DNA of 64,000 bases from Octopus vulgaris (lineage: Eukaryota), in contig OX597841.1 of NCBI GenBank assembly GCA_951406725.2, forward strand, positions 18,538,001 to 18,602,000, given 5' to 3'. The position numbers were made by a program, and so were the translations under genes. Each line of letters starts with the position of its first letter. Within the stretch, counting starts at the first letter, position 1. The notes beneath the pieces were generated by a model that did not search any database, was not told where the DNA came from, and was given only the letters and a program-made list of their open reading frames with translations. This document shows positions 1 through 12,334 of this stretch, piece after piece.

Positions 1-3000
1 AGTCATGAAACTGGTGCATCGGATAATACTCAGAGGAAACCGAGGGTTTTGTGGCCTGCTGCTAATGAGAAAGTGAAATATAAAGAGTTTGAAAACAAGG
101 TTTCTCGGACTCTTTATAAAATGACAGGCTCTACAGTGGAGAAACTGGGAAAATTATCAAGCTCAATATACGATATAGGAAAAGATTTATTTGGAATAAA
201 AGAGAATATCCGACTAGAGAAAGGAAAGTGTGGACCAAGCAGGAGGATCAGAAAAATGCAGCAGTTGAGGAAGGAAAAGTCCGACTTAAGAAAGCGATGG
301 AGATGTGCTGCACTAGATGAGAAGCCTGGCCTAGCGTTGCTGTATAACGATTTGAAGAGGAAATGTCGTTATGTGCAACGACATATCCGCCGATATGAGC
401 GTCGAAAAGAAAGTAAAAGGACTCGGGGGCAGTTTCTGAAGGACCCGTACGGGTTTACTAAGAAGCTGTTCACTGGACCGAAGAGTGGTACTTTATCGTG
501 CACTAAAGAAGAATTGGATGCTCATATCAAGGAAACCTACAGCGATCTGCACCGTAATCAGCCGCTGCCACCTCTACATGGGCTAAATCATCTCTCAGGA
601 CCTGATATCGAATTCCAGATTGGGGATATCAGGGAGAGAGAGGTGAATGACTTCGTAAGAAAAGCTAGAGCAAAGAGTGCCCCAGGAGGTGATGGCGTCT
701 CATATAAAGTCTACAAATACTGCAATCATCTGCGAAAGAAGCTCTTCGTCCTAATCCGACAACTGTGGCGCAAGGAGACTATAGTAGAGGATTGGTGTAA
801 GGCAGAAGGTATATACCTGCCGAAAGAGGCCAATGCAAAGACCATAAAACAGTTTAGGCCAATATCCTTATTGAATGTGGAAGGCAAGATCTTTATGGGA
901 ATTCTGTCGAGGAGAACAGTGGCATATTTACAGAGTAACGGATATGTTGATGAATCTGTTCAAAAAGCCAGAATCCCTGGGATCCCTGGATGCGTTGAAC
1001 ACTGTTTTTCGATTTGGAAAGCGATCCAGGATGCCAAACAGAACAAGAAAGTCTGAACGTGGTATGGCTCGACCTAGCTAACGCGTATGGTTCAGTGCCA
1101 CACAAATTACTAATAACAGCCATGGACCACTTCCACATTCCTGACAAAGTGATCAAAATAATGAGGATGTACTATGAAAGTTTCGAAATGAGGTTTACAA
1201 CTGGAAATTTTACAACAAATTGGCACCGATTGGAGGTTGGCATTGCTGCTGGCTGTACAATATCTGTCACATGGTTTATCTTAGTCATGGAGTTGATTTT
1301 GAAAGGTGTAGATTTTTCGGAACAAATCGCCCATGTACAATCGCCTAAGAAAGCCTTCATGGATGACGTGACACTTCTAGCTACAGATAAACAAATCATG
1401 CAGAATGCCCTTTTGAGATTAGACGAACTTGTAAGGTGGTCAAGGATGCGATTTAGAGCGAAAAAGTCGCGTAGTCTGACATTTGTTAAGGGAGTGCAGA
1501 AAGAATTTAAATTTCGGATATCTGAAGAAAGCATTCCAACAGTCAAGGAAGAGCCTGTCAAGAGCTTGGGACAAGTATACGCTGGAACATTGTCAGACAG
1601 AAGTCGTGGGATTGAAATTATGAAACAGGCCGAGGCTGGGTTATCAGCGATTGATAATTCGAAGTTACCAGGTAAATATAAAATTTGTTGCTTGCAGTTC
1701 AGCTTGTACCCGCGTCTTGCGTGGCCACTTTTAATATACGAAGTAGCATTGTCACGAGTTGAAAAGATTGAACAAAAATGTAATGTGTTCATTAGAAAGT
1801 GGCTAGGTCTACCTCGTATGTTGAACAGCTCAGCTCTTTATCGTAAAAGAGGTTCGTTGCAGTTACCAATAGCATCAATAGTCGAAATATATAAGTTGGG
1901 GAAGATACGGACGGTCATGATGCTGAGAGAATCGAAGGATATGGAAATCAGGCGTAACCCACCAGAGGTGAAAACAGCCAGGAAGTGGAAAGCAGAAGCA
2001 GAAACTGACAACATCTTGTCTTCTCTTATACACAGAGATATGGTGGGAGCAATGCAGAACCATCGGAAAGGATTTGGTTTTGGCGCAGATCAGTTCAGAC
2101 CGTTTGCAAGCATGATGCCGTGTGAACGCAGATCTGTTGTTAGCAACAGCATCAAAACAAGAGAAGCAGAGAGAAGAGAGCTTCATTTGATCCGATGTGT
2201 TCATCAAGGTCAGATGACGAGATGGGAAGAACATGTTGTTGAGAGGAAGATAAGTTGGGATGAGATGTGGAAGTGGATGACATCTCGGCTGAGTTTCCTG
2301 ATTCGTTCATCTTATGATGTTTTGCCATCACCTACGAATCTAGTAAGATGGAACGTCTTAGAGAATGACATCTGCAAATGTGGAAAAGTCGGTACACTAA
2401 AACATATTCTTTCCAACTGTTCATTAGCATTGAACAGGTACACATGGAGGCACAACTTGGTCCTTAAGGTTATCTTCAAAGCTATAAAGAACCAAATTCA
2501 TCTCAACAACACTGAGGAAAAATCGTTAAAAGTACCATCAAGAGAGTTCATTACCTTCGTGCGACCAGGTCAGCAGATCCGTTTCAAGAAGAAGACCAAG
2601 AAACTTCCTGAGAAAAATGAAAAGTGGAACGGCTATTGGGAGGTAACTGCAGATTTACCTGGGTGCCAGGTTTTCTTTCCCATCCCAGTTTCGAAAAAAA
2701 CAGATATTTTGATGTGGTGTGAAAGAAAGAAAGTTGTAAATATAGTCGAGCTAACGGTTCCTCACGAAGATAATATGGACGCCGCTCGAGCTCGAAAATT
2801 AAACCATTGTGAAAACCTCCTCGAGGAATGTGAAGACGCAGGCTGGAAAGCGGAACATTTTCCTTTCGAAGTCGGATGTAGAGGGTTTGTAGGACACAGC
2901 GTGAGACGACTGTTGTTATCGTTAGGCCTAACTCATCGTAAAGTCAATAGCACCATGACTGATATCCAATCTACAGTGGAGAAGGCTAGCCACTGGATTT

Positions 3001-3240
3001 GGTTAAAAAGAGACGATGAGCGATGGCTAGAAGGATATTGAGTTTAACTTCATAACCAGCTGATCTAGCAAGCGGGGCCTCATATCAGTGAGGGGGGCCG
3101 GTGCGCATTGATGCCGTCGAGAGGTAGGCCCCGAAATGGCGCGCATTCTCTCCTGATGACCCCATACACTTGCTAGCTTCCGGTATGCGGAGTTTTTAAC
3201 TGGTAGCACTTGCATGTGCAAGTTGTTTGCAAGACATCTA
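1..3240 (+). mobile_element. Non-LTR retrotransposon with restriction-like endonuclease (R2 group, HERO-like); 5' end runs off the window
   Basis: ORFs 49-1056 and 1014-3041 join into one RT-RLE protein. RT motifs: SAPGGDG, FRPISLLNVEGKIF, VVWLDLANAYGSVPH, GIAAGCTIS, AFMDD. Downstream are a zinc knuckle CKC...HILSNC, an RHN motif, an endonuclease core (K-T-D...ELTVP.E...RK) and FEVGCRGF. A GC-richer 3' UTR extends to ~3240. Confidence 0.92.
49..3041 (+). pseudogene. RT-RLE ORF of the HERO-like element with a single 1-nt frameshift near 1048-1051
   Basis: The sequence aag aaa gt ctg aac gtg gta tgg reads ...KQNKKSLNVVWLD continuously if one A is added. No other stop occurs in ~3 kb. Confidence 0.85.
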
Positions 3241-3277
3241 TAACTAAAAGCAAACATTTTAAAATATCTTATTTTAT

Positions 3278-3440
3278 AGGCACAAGCATGGCTGAGTGGT
3301 AAGAAGTTTGCTTCCCAGCCTCGTGGTTCTGGGTTCAATTCCACCGTGTGGCACCTTGGGCAAGTGTCTTCTGCTATAGCCTCATGCCAAACAAAACCTT
3401 GTGAGTAAATTTGATAGACAGAAACTGAAAGAAGCTTCTT
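3278..3440 (+). mobile_element. tRNA-derived SINE family A, 5' part
   Basis: A-box-like tggctgagtggtaag and B-box-like gggttcaattcc, followed by the family core ttgggcaagtgtcttctgctatagc...gaaactgaaagaagc. Confidence 0.8.
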
Positions 3441-3496
3441 GTATGTGTGTGTGTGTGTGTGTGAGTATATGTGTGTGTGTATATATATATGTGCAT

Positions 3497-3687
3497 ATTC
3501 TTTTATTTGTTTCAGTCATTTGACTGTGGCCATGCTAGAGCACTGCCTTTAGTTGAGCAAATCAACCCTAGGACTTATTCTTTGTAAGCCTAGTACTTAT
3601 TCTATTGGTCTCATTTGCCAAACCGCTCAGTTATGGTTACATAAGCACACCAACATCAGTGGTCAGGCGATGATAGTGGGACAAACA

Positions 3688-3781
<94 letters not shown>

Positions 3782-4199
3782 CACATACGTATACGACAGA
3801 CTTCTTTCAGTTTCTTTCTACCAAATCCACTGACAAGGCTTTTGTTGGCCCGAGGCTATAGTAGAAGACACTTGCTCAAGGTGCCACCCAGTAGGACTGA
3901 ACCCAGAAGCATTTGGTTGGTAAGCAAGCGACTTACCACACAGCCTCTCCTACACCTATCTATATATATGTATTCTTTTATTCTTTCTTTTACTTGTTTC
4001 AGCCATTTAACTGCGACCATGCTGGAGCACTGCTTTTAGTTGAGCAAATTGACCCCAGAGCTTTTTCTCTGTAAGCCTAGTACTTATTTTATCAGTCTCT
4101 TTTGCCAAAATGCTAAGTTACGGAGATGTAAGCACATCAGCATCAGTTGCCAAACGATGTTGGGGGGTCAAACACAGACACACAAACACACACATACGT

Positions 4200-4248
<49 letters not shown>

Positions 4249-4289
4249 CAATGGGCTTCTTCCAGTTTCTGTCTACCAAATGCACTCAC
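3497..4289 (-). mobile_element. Two tandem SINE family A copies (~3497-3956 near full length; ~3973-4289 5'-truncated)
   Basis: Reverse complement of the family tail (ttgtttcagtcatttgactgtggccatgct) and head (cttaccacacagcc), with internal (CA)n/(TA)n. Confidence 0.85.
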
Positions 4290-4400
4290 ATACATATATA
4301 TGTATATATATGTATATATATATGCATGTATATATATATGTCTGCATATATATGTATATATATAAATATATATATATATTAATGTATATATATATATATA

Positions 4401-4550
4401 TGGCGTTAGGAAGGGCATCCAGCTGTAGAAACACTGCCAGATCTGACTGGACTGGTGCAGCTTTCGGGCTCCCCAGACCCCAGTTGAACCGTCCAACCCA
4501 TGCTAGCATGGAAAGCGGACGTTAAATGATGATGATGATGATGATGATGA
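4401..4550 (+). mobile_element. SINE family B 3' part with (GAT)n tail
   Basis: ggcgttaggaagggcatccagctgtagaaac...catgctagcatggaaagcggacgttaaatgatgatg. Related copies at ~6222-6300(-), ~12045-12250(-), 15418-15660(-), 40575-40912(+), 57860-58155(+), 60510-60890(-). Confidence 0.75.
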
Positions 4551-4637
4551 TATATATATATAAATATATGTATATATATGAAAGTATGTATATATATATA
4601 TATATATACATATGTATAGATATGTGTCTATATATAT

Positions 4638-4672
<35 letters not shown>

Positions 4673-4838
4673 CATACATATATTTATATATATACATATA
4701 TATATTTATATATATACATATATACACATATATATACAGTAGGTACTGTAAATTTAGGGTGAATACTTGATATGTGTAAGCACCTTTATATGCCAAATAT
4801 ATATCAAATATAATTAAAACCAGAACACAACGGATATT

Positions 4839-4929
4839 GCGATACACCTGTTTCAAGCTTTATAAACAATCCGTTCTTACATCAGTGTATTATTGATATA
4901 AAAGATGGTTTAAAGCTCTCTTCAGCCGC
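4839..4929 (-). ncRNA. Type I hammerhead ribozyme motif (Penelope-type), inverted copy
   Basis: Minus strand reads gcgg-CTGAAGA-gagcttta...taaagctt-GAA-ACaggtGT-A-tcgc. Confidence 0.65.
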
Positions 4930-5364
4930 AGACATTGTTAGTCCAAAGAATTACATCACAACATAAAAGATATGAAAAGCACATGTAGTATTACCCATTA
5001 TAATAGGTATATCATATCTCCCTGAGAAAGTGTATTTGGAAAATTGCCTAACTGTATAAATGTATAAAGATTCATTGGATTTCGAAAATCTGCCCATACT
5101 GTAGCACCAGTCAACATAGAGAGAGTGAATGTTAAATAGATTGGAATGGGTTTTTTATTTAATTCGCTTGTATAAGATAGGAAGGAAAAAAAAGGAGAAA
5201 ACGAAAAATAGAGAGAAAAAAATAAACGTTAAAAAATGAAATAAGAAATAAAGGGCAAGGGTCCTGGAAGTAAAAGACAATGAAGGCAAAAGACAAAAAT
5301 AGTAAAAAAAGTAAAAATAAGGATAATAAAGTTAGAACCACAAATATATAAGAATTAGCGAAAT

Positions 5365-5455
5365 GCGGCTGAAGAGAGCTTTAAACCATCTTTTATATCA
5401 ATAATACACTGATGTAAGAACGGATTGTTTATAAAGCTTGAAACACGTGTACCGC
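5365..5455 (+). ncRNA. Type I hammerhead ribozyme motif (Penelope-type) with long stem II and palindromic stem III
   Basis: Stem I gcgg(5365-68)/ccgc(5452-55); core CTGAAGA(5369-75); stem II gagcttta/taaagctt; GAA; stem III ACACGTGT (self-complementary); GUA cleavage triplet ending at 5451. Confidence 0.75.
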
Positions 5456-5545
5456 GATATCCTTTGTGCTTTGTTTTTAATTTTATTTGATATATATATA
5501 TATATATACATGTATATATATGTATATATATGTGTATATATATAA

Positions 5546-5601
<56 letters not shown>

Positions 5602-5738
5602 AGTAGGTGAATGAATTATCCTATGTTTATCGTCAGCATGGAAAATTAATTTAACTGAAACCTGGGTAGCAAATTCACGTCAGAGTAAAGGAATTTTGTT
5701 AACATCTTCGTTCGACTCCATTCTTTCATTTATTTATA

Positions 5739-5985
<247 letters not shown>

Positions 5986-6824
5986 AAATAGATGTATATT
6001 TTTTTTTTTATTTTATCTAGTTTCAGCTCACGAGCTGTGGCCATGCTGGGGCACCGCCATTTTATATATATCTTTGTACATTTATACAGTTAGGCAATTT
6101 TCCAAATATACTTTCTCAGGGAGATATGATATACCTATTATAATGGGTAATACTACATGTGCTTTTCATATCTTTTATGTTGTGATGTAACTCTTTGGAC
6201 TAACATATATACATTTATATATATCATCATCATCATTTAACGTCCGTTTTCCATGCTGGTATAGGTTGGATGGTTTGACTGGGGTCTGGCAAGCCAGGAG
6301 GCCACTTCCGAATTCAAACAGACGAATGAGATCTCGTATTCTCCCTCACCCACCCACGTGTGTTATTGAGTAAAATTCTACAGAAAAACTGTAGTTTACT
6401 ATCAGCAAGAGAATTATATTATCAATAATAATAAACAGTAAAATTAATTAATTAATTAATAATTAATAATTTTACCAAGTAGTTTGGCATGTTAAAAGAG
6501 CCATTTTCGGTAAAACAAAAATTTTTATAATTATGAGTATAATTATAATTAGGGTTCAGCAAAAAATTCGCTTCACCACATACCGAAATTTAGAAATAGC
6601 AGTCAAAACTGGCTATTTCTCTACCATAAGAAAATCTCCCAGACAACAATACTCAAGAACCCACCTAGGCAAAGAGAAAAAAATAACGAATTCACCCGGC
6701 TTTGATTAACTGCAGACACGTTTTGGAGTTATATAGATAAATGCCAGAGCAGATTTCTGCCCTGACATCCAAAACTTGGAGTTTTATTATGGCAACCAAA
6801 TAATTGTCACATATTATTTTACAG

Positions 6825-6877
<53 letters not shown>

Positions 6878-6887
6878 CATACATACA

Positions 6888-6923
<36 letters not shown>

Positions 6924-6951
6924 CATACATACATACATACATACATGTATA

Positions 6952-7625
6952 AAATCCTTAAATCCTTAAAAATGTTCTAGCCCGAAGGCCGCGGCCATGC
7001 TGGGGCACCACCACTGAATGATTTGTGGCCCTTGGTCAGCAAGGGAGTTCGATGCCGCTACCCGCATCGGTGCCTCCTGTTGTGAGGTAGGTTCATCTGG
7101 GATCCCCAACAAGAAGAGATCCAGTTTCGTTTTAAAGAAACCCACATCCACACCATGCAAGTCTCTCAGGCATTTAGGGAGGATGTTAAAGAGCTGTGGT
7201 CCTCTGAAACCCAAGCTGTTGCAGTATCTGGTCTGAATTTTGATGGTGATGCTGGAATCTTTGGCACCATGCAGTGGCGCCCCGTTCTGCGGTTGGAGTA
7301 ACTTTGAATGCCAAAGTTTGGGACAAGACCCTCCAGGATTTTCCAGATGCATATCACCGCATATCTCTCCCGCCTCCGCTCTAGGGAGAAGAGCTTTAAT
7401 ACTTTCAGTCTTTCCCAGTAGCTGATATTTTGCATTGAGACGATTTTCTTTGTGTAGCTTCTTTGAATTGCTTTGAGTTCTGCTGTTAGTTTTATATTGT
7501 GTGGAGACCATAGTTGGAAGCAGTAGTCCAAGTGGCTGAGGACGAAAGTTTTCCATAGGACCATCAGTGTCTCCTTCTCTCTTGTTCTGAAAGTTCAGAG
7601 AATCCATCCAGCTAGCCGTCTGCAT
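6952..7625 (-). mobile_element. 3' fragment of a CR1-group LINE (ORF2 C-terminus, 3' UTR and tail)
   Basis: LWKTFVLSHLDYCFQLWSP...IQRSYTK...SYWERLKVLKLFSLERRRERY, then after a frameshift GPQLFNILPK.LR...FKTKLD.FL..IPDEP. Ends ggtgccccagcatggccgcggccttcgggctagaaca plus (TTTAAGGA)n. Confidence 0.88.
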
Positions 7626-7645
7626 TTTATCACCAGATTAGTATA

Positions 7646-8020
7646 CTCTTTTACTCTTTTACTCTTTTACTTGTTTCAGTCATTTGACTGCAGCCATGCT
7701 GGAGCACCACCTTTTAGTACTTATTCTATCGGTCTCTTTTTGCCGAACCGCTAAGTGACAGGGACGTAAACACACCAGCATCGGTTGTCAAGCAATGCTA
7801 GGGGGACAAACACAGACACACAAACACACACACATATACATATATATACATATATACGACAGGCTTCTTTCAGTTTCCGTCTACCAAATCCACTCACAAG
7901 GCATTGGTCGGCCCGAGGCTATAGCAGAAGACACTTGCCCAAGATGCCACGCAGTGGGACTGAACCCGCAACCGTGTGGTTGGTTAGCAAGCTACTTATT
8001 ACACAGCCACTCCTGTGCCT
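7646..8020 (-). mobile_element. SINE family A, near full length
   Basis: (ctctttta)n tail, family core and tRNA-like head in reverse. Confidence 0.9.
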
Positions 8021-8092
8021 ATGTATACATATATATATAAACTTACTTCAAAATGGATGCATGGTGTTCAATTAAATAATGATATAAATATA

Positions 8093-8135
<43 letters not shown>

Positions 8136-8138
8136 GTA

Positions 8139-8182
<44 letters not shown>

Positions 8183-8250
8183 TATGTATATATAGGTAAA
8201 ACTTACTTGGAAATGGATGCATGGTGTTCAATCACATAATAATATAAATA

Positions 8251-8323
<73 letters not shown>

Positions 8324-8989
8324 TATATACATACATATATGTCCATACTTACATATATATGTATATATATGCATATGTGGGTACAGGACGTCATAGAATG
8401 TAAACAATATGAAATACAAACATTTTTTGCAAACAACAAAAGAAACAAATAGAAAAATAAGACAAGCAATATAAAGAACGACCCTTCATCAATTGTTGGC
8501 TGTTTTTCTACTTGGTATTTTGAGCAATTCATGACAAGATATGATTTCACCAAAACATTTGCTCCTGCAAAGCAAAAAATGTAAAATTTGGCATTGGTAA
8601 CAAAAACAGGACAGTGAAACAAACAGAAAGAGCTGCTAAGCCTTAATGAGGTGAGGTGGCAAAAGCTGGAGGAACAAGCTTTGACAGGGGACAGGCAAGA
8701 ATGCATCTGGTCTCTGCTGCTGATTGGATAGAAAGAAAGAAACTCAAGTTAGGAAAAGAAGGATGGCCGATGGTCACATGCGAGCAACGAGAGAGCAAAG
8801 GAAGAAGAGTGAGGGAGAGAGAAGGACAGACCCCTTCGTCGTTCTCTTTCTGTTCCTCTCTCTCCCTCACTCTTCCTCCTTTGCTCTCATTGCTTGCACA
8901 TGACCTTGTTTATCTAAATTGAGTTCCTTTCCTTCCGATCAGCAGCAGAGATCAGACGCATGGCAAAATATGTGTGTGTGTGTGTGTGT

Positions 8990-9212
8990 GTGTGTGTATC
9001 TGTCTGTCTGTCTTTATGCCAGTGTTTCTTCCCTACCATTGCTTGACAACCAGTGTTAGTGAGTTTATGTCCTTGTAACTTAGCAGTTTGTCAAAAGAAC
9101 TGATAAAATAGGCACCAGGCTTTAAAAAAATGAGTCCTGGAGTCAGTTTGTTCAAGGTGGTGCCCCAGCATGGCCACGTTCAACTGACTGAAACAATTAA
9201 AAGATAAAAGAT
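8990..9212 (+). mobile_element. SINE family A 3' part (diverged)
   Basis: cattgcttgacaacc...ggtggtgccccagcatggccac...tgactgaaaca...aaaagataaaag. Confidence 0.75.
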
Positions 9213-9804
9213 ATCTGCAAACTAAGTATATACAGTCTACTCTAATTGTATTTACTTAGATGATTTCTCTATAAACAATCTACTTAGTGAATGTTCTATA
9301 TCCATCCTTATGATGTGTTCTCGGCTGCACAGCTGAATGCTCTTTGATCCTCAAATATTCTCAGGTTTGTTGTTAGATCTCCACCTCTGCTGATAACAAC
9401 ATATAATTGTCTGTGTGTGAACAGTGGACTCAGAAGACACAATCTGCACCTCTTTAGCTCTTTAGTATTCAGATTACTCTGTCGAATGTAATGCTTATCT
9501 ATTCACTTCATTTAGAATTAATTATGCCATTAGTTTATACTTTGAGATTTCAATAATGTAATTGTTTAGTTTTAGAATGACATTGTAGGATAGGTGTCAG
9601 AGGTCAGATCTGGCTGTTTTGGACATAAAACAGGTTGAATTTTTGTGTTGGAATTGTTTTGTATCATTGACTGAAAATTTTGGCACAAGGCCACCAAATT
9701 CAGGGGATGAGGTAAATCAATTGCATCAACCCCAATGTAGAGCTGGTACTCATTTTAGGAGCACTGAAAGGATGAAAGGCAAAGTCGGCCACGGCAGAAT
9801 AAAA

Positions 9805-11250
9805 AAAATGGATGTCATGAATCTGTTTCCTGAAATCCAGTTGTATTCATATGGACCGTAATTTTCTCAAAGCACGAGATTTGATATTTTGTAGAAGTTG
9901 TTACTGCTTCAGTTTGAAAACTCATCACAATTATCTGTGGTAGTTTGATTAGCATGGAGGTCTCTTGAAATTTCTTCCCATTGAAGCTAAATATCACAAA
10001 TAATGTTAGTTTTCCAAATTTTATGATGATAGCCATTACATCATAGTTGTGTTCTGCCATAGATCTTGGACAGCTCACTGATGGGTTTGGGAGGACATAT
10101 TAATTCCAGTCTGACCAGTCTCACCCGCAATGATTGCATTATACAGGCCTGCTCATAGGGCCTGTTGATTCTTTCTGATATACTGCAACTGAGCAACCTT
10201 GGACCTTGGTCCATTAGTCTACACAAAATTGACGGAATAGACGATGTCTATGATGCAATATATTATCTGATTCAGCTTTCTTTGTTATCTGGAAAGAATA
10301 AAGTTAAAATGGTTGTTGCTTGTTGGACTTGCTATTACAGCAGTGAGTGAGTGAGAGAGGGAGAGAGAGAGAGAGAGAGAGAGGACAAGTGGGAGGTGGG
10401 ATAGGTTAAAGACATAACTTTTCTATTGTCTCTTTGTTTTAGTATATTGTGATGCTGTCCATCTAAGCCACCAAGAAAGCTATGGATACATCATGGCATA
10501 ATTGGCTCGACGAGAGTTGCTACTATTTGAAGGCTTTGCTGATTGTTCTCCAATTGAAACTTGCTTACCAATAGTCTACCAGCCTAATGAGTTTCTTCAT
10601 CATTACTTGATATCAATACAGCAACCTCACTGGATGTGGACAATCTTTCTGGAGTGTTTTCCATCTGGCTTTTTGTCAGCATCCAATAGAAATATTTTCT
10701 GATGTTGTGCCAAACAGGAATGATTGTAAATAAGTGTTGTTAACTGAAACTGTAGCAGAATTAGAATCTATGCAAAAGAACAACATCAATATTTTCCTCT
10801 TCTATTATCTGCATCCACTGTTGAATTTGTCTTCAGGATTGTAAGTTTGCAGACAGAATGACGCATCTGTAACAGCATTTCTTGGTGCTCCAAAAAATCT
10901 ATAAACTGTTCTGCGAATTCTGGAAGTAGGAAGGCCTCAAGCAATTGTAGTATTATTTATTTTCGTGCTGCACATGGCCGTAGCACTGTTGAACATTTGA
11001 ATGTGTTTTCTGAAATATTTTGCTTCTGGTGAATCAAGTATGTACAATTGATGTAGCTTATCAGATAAATGTGATACTTCTGGAATACAGATTAAACCAG
11101 ATCAACAGCAAATACCAAAATCAGGATCGGCCGATGTTCTTGCAGAGCCCTTTGCCACGAACATTATTAGTTTGTTGCAAAATCGGCATTTTGTATCCAT
11201 TAAGCCAGTGGATCCTAAATAGTGTGGCCTGCCTCACAGGTGTGGTGGAA
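9805..11250 (-). mobile_element. Decayed Helitron Rep/helicase gene fragment (N-terminal and Rep region)
   Basis: Across several stops and frameshifts the minus strand gives KYFRKHIQMFNSATAM..PTSRI..VYR, ADKKPDGKHSR..TSSEVAVLI, RLFRQFCVD.WTKV..QLQYIRKNQQAL and SCPRSMAEHNYDVMAIIIKFGKLTLFVIFSFN. These are collinear with Helitron motifs HFR.NIR.YNS.FAM, ADKRP.GEH.RR.N.PT..EVA, RLFQQF.VD...K.E..RL.YIR.NQ..LR and GSPR.M....QDAM..VR..G.PDLFITFTCN. Confidence 0.8.
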
Positions 11251-12334
11251 GAGGAAAGCAGGTGAGGCAAAATGATTGAAAGACAAATATTTAGAAACAG
11301 TTTCAAAAAATTCATATGCCAAAAATAGAAAGGATTTCGAAATTTAAAATATTATAGATTACTTATAATTGCATGCATGAGACTCAGTACGAATAGTTAT
11401 AAACAATTATTGACTGATTTTATCATTGTAATATTTTTGCATTATATCAAGAATTAAGAGTATAGTAATTAGGGTCCACAAATTAGAGGAAATCCATGGT
11501 TATTGCTCTTTAACTCCTTGGACCTTTGGTGAGGCACAAGCAAATTTTCATTCTGAAAATGCAACCCGGAGAAAAAAGTCTCGGAACTCCTGCATTAAAC
11601 CATAGTTATGCTGAGTGATATTGACTGCTACTTCTAGCACTGCATCTATGTTCTTGCAACATTCAACATCCTTCTTTGTTCACTGTCAGTCTCCTTGTTG
11701 CTTCTTTTCTGTGAGACATTTTACATTGCTCATTCATATCTGGTCCTTTTATTGAATATAATATATTTGAACAAACTGCAATAGTGAAGAATAGAAAAAA
11801 TATGAAATTTAAGTGAAGCCCTTGTCTCAGTGCCCAACTGGTATTTATTTTATCAACACCAAAAGGGAGAAAGCAAAGTTGATCCTAGCAGGATTTGAAC
11901 TCAGAGTGTAAGGAGCTGGAAGAAACAAGTAAACGATAAAGATAAATTTAATGTAGTTAAAATTGTTTTTAGTGGAACTGTAAGCAGATATTTGAGGTGG
12001 ATGGAGCTGGGTTTATGCAAACGCCCACACACACACCATTACCATTTAACATGTCTTTCAAGCTGACTTGGGTTAGACAGTTTCACAGCATCCAGCAAAT
12101 TGAAGGATTGCATTGTGCTTCAATGTCTTCCAAGGAGACTGACAATGTCTTCCTTGGCATGTTTCAGGAGCTATAGATGCCCTTCCTAATGCCAGCCACT
12201 AGACAGAGTGTACTGGAGGCTTTCTTTTTTATTGTGACACCAGCATAAGTGAAGTTGTCATGCAACTTGCAAAACTTAAGAGCCTTCTCAACTGAATGGA
12301 AATCTGATGGCAGCCAGTTGTTGAGAGTTTAAAG

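Noticed and set aside
1172-1792. 206-aa antisense ORF in the retrotransposon
   Set aside because: Shadow of the RT coding frame; no independent features.
6305-6830. Possible further hammerhead or Penelope end (aaacgtgtctgcag on minus strand)
   Set aside because: Only the cleavage-side half is recognisable; no CUGANGA core was found.
8370-8960. Possible Penelope-like terminal fragment or 88-aa ORF
   Set aside because: No convincing GIY-YIG motifs or complete ribozyme could be read; left unassigned.
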